Below are positions 26,039-34,474 of a stretch of DNA of 41,630 bases, one piece after another. Position 1 is the first letter of the stretch; every line of letters starts with the position of its first letter. The notes beneath the pieces were generated by a model, which saw only the letters and a list, made by a program, of their open reading frames with translations, did not search any database and was not told the DNA's origin. The position numbers and the translations under genes were made by a program. The stretch is from Planctomycetota bacterium (GTDB lineage Bacteria; Planctomycetota; B15-G4; JADJEK01), in NCBI GenBank assembly GCA_044225365.1, contig JBGAIQ010000048.1, positions 1 through 41,630 of the forward strand. The letters are read 5' to 3'.

Positions 26039-26658
26039 GGCCTTCGCCCTCCGTCGCAAGACTCTCGTGCCGGGTCCGATTCGTCACCGCGCTCGAACCA
26101 AGTCGCGAAGCGCCGCCGCAGCGACTGCCGAGCGAGAGCGAGGTAGACCCGCGCGGCGCCCACGGTCGAGCCGATCGCTCGCGCGACTTCCTGATGCGAG
26201 AGGCCGTCGTAGACCTTGAGGAAGAGTGCGGCTCGCTGCTTGTGCGGAAGAGTCTCGATGGCGGCGCGCAACTGCTCGATCCGGTCGCGCGATTCGCTCG
26301 CGGCCGTCGACTCCGCGCGCGATGCGACCGTTTCGACGTCGACCGGCTCGCGTCCCGTGCGTCCCGAATTCTCGAGACCCGCAAGGCTTCGCCCGCGGCG
26401 CCGCAACTGGTCCTGAGCGACGCTGAGGACGATGCGATAGAGCCAGGTCTTGAACGACGAATCGGCGCGGAACGAATCGAGATGGGTGTACGCCCGGACG
26501 AACGCCTCCTGGACCACGTCCTCGGCGTCTTCACGACTTCGGACGAGGCGCTCCGCGAGGCGCCCGGCGGCGCGGGCGTGGATCGTGACCAACTGCTCGA
26601 ACGCGCTCCGATCGCCGCGTTTCGCGGCGTGGACGAGCGCTGCGTCGAGATCGGTCAT
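26035..26658 (-). CDS. ECF (sigma-70 family) RNA polymerase sigma factor; alternative start at 26676
   Basis: Motifs GDRSAFEQLV, DAEDVVQEAFVRAY, SSFKTWLYRI, LPHKQRAALFLKVYDGLSHQEVA and GSTVGAARVYLALAR. Confidence 0.92.
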   Translation of the reverse strand: MTDLDAALVHAAKRGDRSAFEQLVTIHARAAGRLAERLVRSREDAEDVVQEAFVRAYTHLDSFRADSSFKTWLYRIVLSVAQDQLRRRGRSLAGLENSGRTGREPVDVETVASRAESTAASESRDRIEQLRAAIETLPHKQRAALFLKVYDGLSHQEVARAIGSTVGAARVYLALARQSLRRRFATWFERGDESDPARESCDGGRRP

Positions 26659-26720
26659 AGTGCGTGCCACGTGCATCGATTCGGACTCCGGTCGAATGGA
26701 CGGCGAACTCCCGTCCGGTG

Positions 26721-27740
26721 TTAGTCCCGAAATCCTCCCTCGGTTGCGAAGAACTCGCGGAATTGCCGCGTCACGACCTCGGGCGGCAGTTCGCTCGGAG
26801 CGAGTTCGCCGGGTGTCGATCCGCCGAACGAGCGCCCCGTTCCCACCACGCCGAAGTACAGCTCGGGCACCGGCGAATCGATCGGTTGCGCGATCCACCT
26901 CGCGGGCGCGGTCTCGCCCGCGAGAACCGCGAGGCGCTGCGCAAGTCGCGTCTTGTCGACCCGTTTCGCGCGCCTCATGGCGGACGCCATCTCGAACCAG
27001 GTGTCGACCCGATCGTGGAATCGGTAGAGCCAGGAGCTCGTGCGTCCGCTGGTAGCGGGTGTGATGCTGAGCACGCGGGATCTTCCCGCCGCGATCGTGT
27101 TCACCGCGAGGCGGCGCAGCGGGCGCGGCGACGTCACGATCGCGAGATCGAGGGAGGGGTCGGAATCGACCGCGACGAGCGGGCTGTTCGCGAAATCGAG
27201 GTCTTCGAGCTCGGCTGCAAGCTCGTCGGCGATGAGATCCCTCCGTTCGTACGGGTCTTCGAGCAGGGAGACCGCGGCGGCGAGACCGATCCCGTACTGC
27301 CGTTGACCGCGCAAGACGCCTTCGAGCCGTTCCAGCTCCGCGCCGAACGGTCCCTCGTCCGATCCGAGCTTCATCAGAGTCAGATCGATCGCGAGCGCGG
27401 CCTCCGTCGTGAAGACCTGGAAGTCGCCCGTCGTCGCCGCGCCGATGAGGAGGTCGCGGTGCGTGAGCGCGAGTTCAGGGCGGAGCGTCACGAGGCACGA
27501 CAGGATTCCATCGCTGTCGAAGTGGTTGTTGGCGACGACTTCGAGACCAAGGAGCAGCCGCTCGCGTTCTTCCTTGGGAAGCAGGGCGAGCCGGATGGCG
27601 ATCTCGGTGCTGGTGTCGGCCTTCAGGCCGGCGGGAGTTCGATTGCCCGGCCAGTGGCTGAAATTCGGTCCGTTCGCAGCGATCCCGTCGACGGAGATCA
27701 CGGGCTTTGCGTCGTCGAAGGCGATGAACTGGAAGCGCAT
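26721..27740 (-). CDS. Uncharacterised DHH-like protein (resembles DUF6687 family)
   Basis: Motifs ISVDG, SHWPGNRTP, ADTSTEI, NNHFDSDG and AATTGDF. The DUF number is recalled, not searched. Confidence 0.65.
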   Translation of the reverse strand: MRFQFIAFDDAKPVISVDGIAANGPNFSHWPGNRTPAGLKADTSTEIAIRLALLPKEERERLLLGLEVVANNHFDSDGILSCLVTLRPELALTHRDLLIGAATTGDFQVFTTEAALAIDLTLMKLGSDEGPFGAELERLEGVLRGQRQYGIGLAAAVSLLEDPYERRDLIADELAAELEDLDFANSPLVAVDSDPSLDLAIVTSPRPLRRLAVNTIAAGRSRVLSITPATSGRTSSWLYRFHDRVDTWFEMASAMRRAKRVDKTRLAQRLAVLAGETAPARWIAQPIDSPVPELYFGVVGTGRSFGGSTPGELAPSELPPEVVTRQFREFFATEGGFRD

Positions 27741-27792
27741 GCGAAGAGCGTAGCACGCCCATGAGCTCCGCCTCGGTGACGCCGGGAAACGA

Positions 27793-28752
27793 CTACGTGG
27801 CGGTCGCCCTCTCGATCGTCTGCGCGTAGCTCGTTGCGCCGTCGTTGCCGACGAACTCGACGACGAGACGGCTTCGCGTGGCGCGGATGGCGACGAAGCC
27901 GCCGCCGGTGTCGGCGTAGACCGACGAGGACTGCACCTTCACGCCCTTCGAGTTGTCGGAGCCGCCGCCGCCACCCGAGACGACGTAGGTCGTCGCGATC
28001 GCGGCCTCGGGAGACCGCACGAGTTGCAGGCTGTGTTCGTGTCCCGCGAGATAGAGATCGATGCGCCGCTTTTTCAGGATCGGCGCCATCGCGCGCTGCA
28101 AGTGCCCCTGGTCGAGCGTGATCTCCTTGCCCGACAGGATCGGATGGTGGCCGTACGCGATGGTCCAACGCGGAGCCGGGTCGGCGAGCGTCGCGTCGAG
28201 CCACTCGAGCTGGCGGTGCGACTCCTCGTGGATCTGGATGATCGCGGTCGTATCGAGCGCGACGAAACGCAGGAGCGTGCCGTCGGCGAGCATTCGATCG
28301 AAGGAGTAGTAGCGCGCGGGCATCCTCCACCTCGGATCGATCGCACTGCGCGCGAGCTGGGCGGTCGGATCGCCTTCGTAGTCGTGATTGCCGAGGATCG
28401 CGTAGAGCGGGACGGCGAGCGGCCCGTACGGCAGGGCGATGCAACTCTCCCAGCGCGGATCATCCGCCGATTCGATGCCGCTCGGCTTGTAGAAGTTGTC
28501 GCCGAGCAAGAGCGCGAAATCGAGGCCCTGCGCCGCCCGCGTCTGCATGACTCGCGCGAGCTGCATCTGCCCCGGGCCCCCCGAACCGGAATCGCCGAAC
28601 GCGAAGAAGCGTTCGCTGGGTTCCCCGGGAACGGGCGGCGGGATGTGCCAGGGCGGGCCGCGCAATCCCTCGTGATGCTTCCAAAGATGATGTCCGACGA
28701 GTCCCGCGGCCGCGGCGGCGCCGGCGAGCCAAGTACGTCGCGTGATGGCCAT
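27793..28752 (-). CDS. Metallophosphoesterase, purple/tartrate-resistant acid phosphatase-like, probably Tat-exported
   Basis: TRRTWL N-terminus; motifs FGDSG, LGDNFY, LGNHDY, GHHP, AGHEH and VSGGGG. Confidence 0.9.
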   Translation of the reverse strand: MAITRRTWLAGAAAAAGLVGHHLWKHHEGLRGPPWHIPPPVPGEPSERFFAFGDSGSGGPGQMQLARVMQTRAAQGLDFALLLGDNFYKPSGIESADDPRWESCIALPYGPLAVPLYAILGNHDYEGDPTAQLARSAIDPRWRMPARYYSFDRMLADGTLLRFVALDTTAIIQIHEESHRQLEWLDATLADPAPRWTIAYGHHPILSGKEITLDQGHLQRAMAPILKKRRIDLYLAGHEHSLQLVRSPEAAIATTYVVSGGGGGSDNSKGVKVQSSSVYADTGGGFVAIRATRSRLVVEFVGNDGATSYAQTIERATAT

Positions 28753-28908
28753 CGAATTCTTGCTCTCGTGAGCGGTGCGGACGATCGTCGAGCTCGCAGT
28801 CTTTCGCAGGCGGGCGCGGGCCTGCGCATCAATCCGATGAAGGATGTGTCATCGGCGGTGCCATCGTGGCGGGGGATGGAACGACGTCTTCCGTGGAGGC
28901 CCGCCGCT

Positions 28909-30117
28909 ATGATCCCGCCCGTGATCGACTCCGCACTTCGCCACAATCCACGCGTCATCGCCGGGACTCTGTCGGGCTTCGAAGGATTCCATCGCTTCCA
29001 GTCGAAGCTCCTCGATCCCGTGAAGAGCCTGCTGCCTCTCGCCGTCGAGGTCGAGGCAATGCCGCTCGATACGGGCAAGCTCTTCGTCCAGCACCTGAAG
29101 GCGCGCGGTTTCTTCATCGACGAGCAGGACCTCGAGCACGGCGTTCTGCGAATCGCGGGGCCCATCGATCGCTTCGAGGTGTTCGCCGAACTCTGTCGCG
29201 ACCTGCCCCCCGATCTCGTCGCCCTCGGCAAGGCGATCGCGGCGGCGGTCGCGGCGCGCTTCGTCGACGCCTTCGACGTGCCCTGCCGCGGCCGGACCTT
29301 GCGCCTCCTGCGGCGGCCGCTCGTGATGGGAATCCTCAATGTGACGCCCGATTCGTTCTCCGATGGCGGGAAGTTCGCGGCGCCCGAGCGAGCGATCGAA
29401 CGGGCATTCGAACTCGAGGTCGAGGGCGCGGACATCCTCGATCTCGGCGCCGAATCGTCGCGCCCGGGCGCGCCGCAGGTCACCGCGATGGAGGAGTGGG
29501 CGCGTCTCGAGCCGGTGCTGCGACTCGTCGGTCGCGAGATCAAGATCCCGTTGTCGATCGACACGACGAAGAGCGAGGTCGCGGAGCGCGCGCTGGATCA
29601 CGGCTGTTCGATCGTCAACGACATCTCCGGCCTCGATCACGATCCGCGGCTCGCGGACGTCGCCGCGCGACATCGTGCCGCACTGATTCTCAATCACATG
29701 CGTGGAACTCCGCGCACGATGCAGGCGTCCCCCCGCTACGATGACGCCGTCGCGGAGATCGCGAAGTCGCTACGGGAACGGATCGCTCGCGCGGTCGATG
29801 CCGGGCTCGCCGTCGATGCGCTGATCCTCGATCCGGGCATTTGTTTCGGCAAGCGCGTGGAGGACAATCTCGACGTGCTCGCTCGCATCGAAGAGCTGCG
29901 CTGTCTCGGTCGTCCTTTGCTCCTCGGCTGTTCGAGGAAGTCGTTCCTGGGCCAGCTCACGGGGCGGCCCGTCGATCAGCGGGATCATGCGACGGCCGCG
30001 ACGACCGCACTCGCCGCAATGCGCGGCGTGAAGATCGTGCGAGTTCACGACGTCCGGGAGACCAAGGACGTCCTCACCGTTTTGGAAGCCGTCGATGGGC
30101 GCGTTCGGATGGCGTGA
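28909..30117 (+). CDS. folP: Dihydropteroate synthase with an N-terminal extension (start approximate)
   Basis: Motifs VMGILNVTPDSFSDGG, DLGAESSRPG, SIDT, VNDISG, HMRGTP, DPGICFGK, SRKSF and RVHDV. Confidence 0.92.
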   Translation: MIPPVIDSALRHNPRVIAGTLSGFEGFHRFQSKLLDPVKSLLPLAVEVEAMPLDTGKLFVQHLKARGFFIDEQDLEHGVLRIAGPIDRFEVFAELCRDLPPDLVALGKAIAAAVAARFVDAFDVPCRGRTLRLLRRPLVMGILNVTPDSFSDGGKFAAPERAIERAFELEVEGADILDLGAESSRPGAPQVTAMEEWARLEPVLRLVGREIKIPLSIDTTKSEVAERALDHGCSIVNDISGLDHDPRLADVAARHRAALILNHMRGTPRTMQASPRYDDAVAEIAKSLRERIARAVDAGLAVDALILDPGICFGKRVEDNLDVLARIEELRCLGRPLLLGCSRKSFLGQLTGRPVDQRDHATAATTALAAMRGVKIVRVHDVRETKDVLTVLEAVDGRVRMA

Positions 30118-31114
30118 CGCAATCGAGCTCCTGATCTTCTGGGTCGGGATCTACATCGTATTGCGTTCGCTCAAGGGCACGCGCGGACTCGGCGTGCTGA
30201 AGGGAACGGCCACCTTCGTGCTCGCGCTCTACGTCGTGAGCAAGGGGCTCGACGAATACCTCGGGATCTCGCTGTCGCGGCTCACCTTCCTCATCGAGAA
30301 CCTGGCGCCCGCCGCCCTCGTGGCGTTCGTCGTCGTCTTCCAGCCGGAAGTGCGGCGTGGGCTCACTCGTCTCGGCGAGCGGCCGTTCTCGTTCCTCGGG
30401 GGGCGCGGCACGGACAAGAACATCGCGCAGGAGATCACCGACGCCTGCTCGCGCATGGCGCGGCGACGCCGCGGCGCGCTCATCGTCCTCGAACGCTCGA
30501 TCGGATTCCGCACGCTCGTGGAGAGCGGCGTGATGCTCTCGGCCGATCTCACGGCGCCCTTGGTCGAGACCATCTTCGAGCCGTCCGGACCCTTGCACGA
30601 CGGCGCGATCGTCGTCCGCGGCAGCACGATCGTCGCCGCGAGTTGCCTCCTCCCGCTCTCCGACAATCCGAACATCGATCTGCAGATGGGCACGCGGCAC
30701 CGCGCGGCGCTCGGACTCTCCGAGGAGACCGATGCGTTCGTCGTCGTCGTCTCCGAGGAAACGGGGCGCATGTCGGCGGCGTATCGCGGCCGGCTCCGCG
30801 TGATGCGCGATTCCAAGGAGCTGGCGACCACGTTGAACCTGGTGCTCGAGGGCGGCGAGCCCGAATGGGCGGAGCCGGCCCAGGCGCCGGGTGCGTCCCC
30901 GGTCGTGCGCGACGCGAGCATCGACACCGCGCGGGGTCGGAGTCGGCGTTCGGGATCGAGCAGCGACGATCGCTCGGGAAGCGGCGTGATCGAGCCGCGT
31001 GCCCGCGTCGGCGACTCGAGTGTGACGAATCTGCGGCGTGAGCGCGGGGGAGTCGACCCCGGCGAATCGAATCCGTCCCACGACGCGAGCGAGCCCAGGG
31101 AGCCCTTGCGATGA
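30095..31114 (+). CDS. cdaA: Diadenylate cyclase CdaA/DacA
   Basis: Three N-terminal TM helices; motifs VFQPEVRRGL, GALIV, PLHDGA, GTRHRAALGLSEETDA and VVSEETG. Confidence 0.93.
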   Translation: MGAFGWRDAIELLIFWVGIYIVLRSLKGTRGLGVLKGTATFVLALYVVSKGLDEYLGISLSRLTFLIENLAPAALVAFVVVFQPEVRRGLTRLGERPFSFLGGRGTDKNIAQEITDACSRMARRRRGALIVLERSIGFRTLVESGVMLSADLTAPLVETIFEPSGPLHDGAIVVRGSTIVAASCLLPLSDNPNIDLQMGTRHRAALGLSEETDAFVVVVSEETGRMSAAYRGRLRVMRDSKELATTLNLVLEGGEPEWAEPAQAPGASPVVRDASIDTARGRSRRSGSSSDDRSGSGVIEPRARVGDSSVTNLRRERGGVDPGESNPSHDASEPREPLR

Positions 31115-32220
31115 ACGGCGCGCGCGACTTCTCCGCCGTGCTGCGCTCGCTGCGCATGGATCTCCCGCGCATCGGGTCGGCGCTCTTCGCCGCGCTCGTC
31201 CTGTGGTTCTTCATCGGCCAGAAGGTCGAGACGACGGTGAAGGTCCGCGTGCGCGTCGATGCGGCGAACGGCGAAGCGGTCGTGCCGGCCCAGACCCTGC
31301 TGCTGCGCGCCCCGGAATCCCTCGTCATCGAGAAGTTCGAGCCGAAGGAGTTCGATATCGAATTGCGGGGGCGACGCGAGGACGTCGACCGCCTGCGCGC
31401 GCAGCTCTCGGGCGTCTGCGACCTCGCAGCGGATTTCTGCGGCAACTTCGTTCGCGCGAGTCGCCAGCTCGACGTTGGTTCGACGTTTCGATTCACCGGA
31501 TTCCGCTCGATGACGAGCCTGCGTCTCGCCGCGAACTACTCCATCGACGTCACGGTGGCGAAGCGCGGGAGTTCGCGCGTCGTACTGAAGCCGGAATCGA
31601 TCGAAGTGATCGGTGAAGGCCTCGCCGCCGATGCGTCGTGGACGATCGCGCCGTCGTCGGTGACGTTGTCCGGTGCGCAAGACGTGATCGAACGCCTGAC
31701 GAGCGGCAGCGCGAAGCTCCGCGTGCGTCTCACGCGCGCCGAGGTCGCAGAAGCCCTCCGCGCGCCGTTTCGCTTCGGTTCCAGTCTGGCGGAGGTCGCC
31801 GACGCCAGCGGTGTCATCGGCCACGCGGATTTCGAGAATCCAACGCAGCTCGATCTGCGCGTGACGCGCACCGTTCCGCAGCGCGCGGTGCGGCTCGAGA
31901 ACGTGCCGATCGGATGGCTCAACGTGAAGACCGCGTGGCGCGAGGGCGTCGATCGCCAGGATCCCGTCCATATCTCGCCCGAGACGATGTGGGTCGAACT
32001 CTCGGTGCCCGTCGACTTCGCGACGACCGCGACTCCCGAGGACGAACTGCGCAAGCGGATCAATCTGTTCGTCGATATGAGAGAGATGCAATTCTCGGTG
32101 GAGGCGGCTCCGCTGCCGATCCACGTCGAGGGACTTCCCGCCGGCGCGACGTACAAGCTCGAGCACGAGCGCGTCGACGTCGAGTGGCGCAAGTCCGACA
32201 AGAAAGAGGGCGGTAGTTGA
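31111..32220 (+). CDS. cdaR: CdaR/YbbR-like regulator of diadenylate cyclase (divergent)
   Basis: N-terminal anchor IGSALFAALVLWFFI, YbbR-like P-x-x-V-x-(L/V)-x-G segments (EPKEFDIELRG, APSSVTLSG), and position between cdaA and glmM. Confidence 0.7.
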   Translation: MNGARDFSAVLRSLRMDLPRIGSALFAALVLWFFIGQKVETTVKVRVRVDAANGEAVVPAQTLLLRAPESLVIEKFEPKEFDIELRGRREDVDRLRAQLSGVCDLAADFCGNFVRASRQLDVGSTFRFTGFRSMTSLRLAANYSIDVTVAKRGSSRVVLKPESIEVIGEGLAADASWTIAPSSVTLSGAQDVIERLTSGSAKLRVRLTRAEVAEALRAPFRFGSSLAEVADASGVIGHADFENPTQLDLRVTRTVPQRAVRLENVPIGWLNVKTAWREGVDRQDPVHISPETMWVELSVPVDFATTATPEDELRKRINLFVDMREMQFSVEAAPLPIHVEGLPAGATYKLEHERVDVEWRKSDKKEGGS

Positions 32221-33599
32221 CCTCGTACGACAAGAAGCCTCGCTACTTCGGAACCGATGGCCTGCGCGAAGTCGCGAATCGCGGCATGCTCACGCCGGAG
32301 AAGGTCCTGACCCTCGGCCGCGCGCTCGGACGTCTCGCGGAACGGTGCAACGGGGGCATCGCGCTCGCCCGCGATCCGCGTCGATCGTCGCCGATGATCT
32401 CCGCCGCGATCGCGGCGGGTGCGGCGTCCGAAGGCGCATTCGTGCGCGATCTCGGCGTCCTGCCGACGCCGGGGCTCGCCGCGCTCGTTCCGATGCTCAA
32501 CGCCGGCATCGGCGTCATGGTGTCGGCATCGCACAATCCGATGCAGGACAACGGCATCAAGGTCTTGAGCTCCGAGGGCGCGAAGCTCGACGATTCCGAT
32601 GAGGTCTGGCTCGAGACGCAGATGGAGATCGCGGCGCCCGCCGACGCTCCGATCGGCTACGCGGTGGGGCGCATCGAAGAAGAGCGCGCGGCGCTCGATC
32701 TCTATCTCGAACACCTCACGAAGGGCTTTCCCGGCCTCGACCTGCGCGGTACGCATCTGGTCCTCGATTGCGCGAACGGCGCGACGAGCGCGGCGGCGCC
32801 CCGCCTGTTCGCAAGCCTCGGCGCGCGCGTCACTGCGATCTGCGCGGAACCGGACGGAATCAACATCAACGAGAACTGCGGCGCGGTGCATCCCGAACGC
32901 CTCGCGTACGAGGTGAAGACCGCCGGCGCGGATCTCGGCCTCGCGTTCGACGGCGACGGCGACCGCCTCATCGCGGTGTCGCACGACGGCGCGATCCAGG
33001 ACGGCGATCGGATGCTCTACGTCTGCGCCAAGGCGCTCGCGGCGAAGGGCCGCTTGAAGGACAAGGTCGTCGTCGGCACCGTGATGACGAACTTCGGGTT
33101 CGAGCTCGCGCTTCGCGAGATGGGCGGCAAGCTCCTGCGCACGCCCGTCGGTGATCGGCACGTGGCCGCCAAGCTGAAGGAGGGCGGCTACTCCCTCGGT
33201 GGCGAGCAGTCGGGTCACTTGATCTTCGGTTCGACGAATCGACACATCGGCGACGGACTGTGGTCCGCGCTCGCGCTCCTCGACGTGCTCCGCGGCGAGA
33301 AGAAGCCGCTCGCCGAACTCGCCGGCACGCTCGCCACGATCCCGCAGGTCCTGAAGAACATCCCGGTTCCCGGCAAGCCGCCGCTCGCCGAACTGCCGCG
33401 CCTCGCCGCCGGTATCGCCGCGGCCGAGAAGGCCCTTTCCGACACCGGGCGCGTCCTCGTGCGGTACTCGGGCACCGAGAACAAGCTGCGGGTGATGGTC
33501 GAGGGTCGCGACGGCGCGCTCGTCGATCGCCTCGCGGCCGAACTCGTGACGGTCGCACAGAGCGAGATCGCGGAGCGAGTGGGCGCGTCGCGGCGATGA
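32217..33599 (+). CDS. glmM: Phosphoglucosamine mutase
   Basis: Motifs YFGTDGLR, MVSASHNPMQDNGIK, DCANGA, GININENCG, AFDGDGDR, VGDRHV, GGEQSGH and RYSGTENKLRVMVEG. Confidence 0.95.
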   Translation: MTSYDKKPRYFGTDGLREVANRGMLTPEKVLTLGRALGRLAERCNGGIALARDPRRSSPMISAAIAAGAASEGAFVRDLGVLPTPGLAALVPMLNAGIGVMVSASHNPMQDNGIKVLSSEGAKLDDSDEVWLETQMEIAAPADAPIGYAVGRIEEERAALDLYLEHLTKGFPGLDLRGTHLVLDCANGATSAAAPRLFASLGARVTAICAEPDGININENCGAVHPERLAYEVKTAGADLGLAFDGDGDRLIAVSHDGAIQDGDRMLYVCAKALAAKGRLKDKVVVGTVMTNFGFELALREMGGKLLRTPVGDRHVAAKLKEGGYSLGGEQSGHLIFGSTNRHIGDGLWSALALLDVLRGEKKPLAELAGTLATIPQVLKNIPVPGKPPLAELPRLAAGIAAAEKALSDTGRVLVRYSGTENKLRVMVEGRDGALVDRLAAELVTVAQSEIAERVGASRR

Positions 33600-34330
33600 T
33601 CGTTCTCGGCATCGAGGCTTCGGCGCGCGAGGGGTCGGTTGCGCTCGTCGCACCTCCTTCGGTCGGCGAGGCGGGCGATCCGGCCGCGTCTCCCTACCGC
33701 ATCCTGCACAGTGTGCGACTGCCGATGGCCCAAGGCGCCGGCCGCTTGCTCGCTCCCGCGATCGAGAGCCTGCTCGCGCAAGCCAGGATCGAACTCACGG
33801 ATCTCGCCTGCATCGCCGTGGGCCTCGGTCCCGGTGGCTACACCGGCGCGCGCCTCGCGGTCGCCACGGCCCTCGGACTCGGGTTCGCCGCGAACTTGCC
33901 CGTGCTCGGGATCGAATCGACCGCCGCCCTCGCGGCGCATCCCAAGGTTCCGATGGGCGACGTCGGCGTCGCGCTCGATGCCAAGAACGGCGACGTCTAC
34001 GCCGCGCGCTACCGCAAGCACGATCGCGGAGTCAAGCGCCTCGTCGCTCCGTTCGTCGCTCCGGCGGCGCGCGCGCTCGAGTTGCTCGGTGCGTGTCCGT
34101 TCACGGTCGGCGATGGATTCGCGCGATTGACGTCGATCGCACCGGACTCCGCGCCCGCGATGAAGGGCGACGCGAGTCTCGAGGCTCGGGCGGAAGAAGT
34201 CGGCGGCCTCGGCCTCCTGCGTCATCGCGGCGGCGAGAGCGATCCTCGCGAAGCGATCCGACCCCTCTATCTGCGAGTCTCCGAGGCGGAGCGGCTCTTC
34301 GCCGCGAGGAAGGCCGAGCGGCCTCCGTAG
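33596..34330 (+). CDS. tsaB: tRNA threonylcarbamoyladenosine biosynthesis protein TsaB
   Basis: Motifs MIVLGIEAS, IAVGLGPGGYTGARLA, LDAKNGDVY and PLYLR. ATGA overlap with the glmM stop. Confidence 0.9.
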   Translation: MIVLGIEASAREGSVALVAPPSVGEAGDPAASPYRILHSVRLPMAQGAGRLLAPAIESLLAQARIELTDLACIAVGLGPGGYTGARLAVATALGLGFAANLPVLGIESTAALAAHPKVPMGDVGVALDAKNGDVYAARYRKHDRGVKRLVAPFVAPAARALELLGACPFTVGDGFARLTSIAPDSAPAMKGDASLEARAEEVGGLGLLRHRGGESDPREAIRPLYLRVSEAERLFAARKAERPP

Positions 34331-34474
34331 AGGCGAACGACCCGGCCAGCATCGCGGGAAACGTCGCGGTTACGACGAGGAGTGATACGACATCGAAACG
34401 GGGCGTCCTGTCGATCCTCGCTTCGACCAATCCGCGACGAAGGGCCGCGGCATCCCGAAACAGGGCAACCTTGC

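Noticed and set aside
26655-26670. TGGCACG on the minus strand before the ECF gene as a sigma54 promoter
   Set aside because: The -12 element reads GA rather than GC at the required spacing, and it overlaps the start codon.
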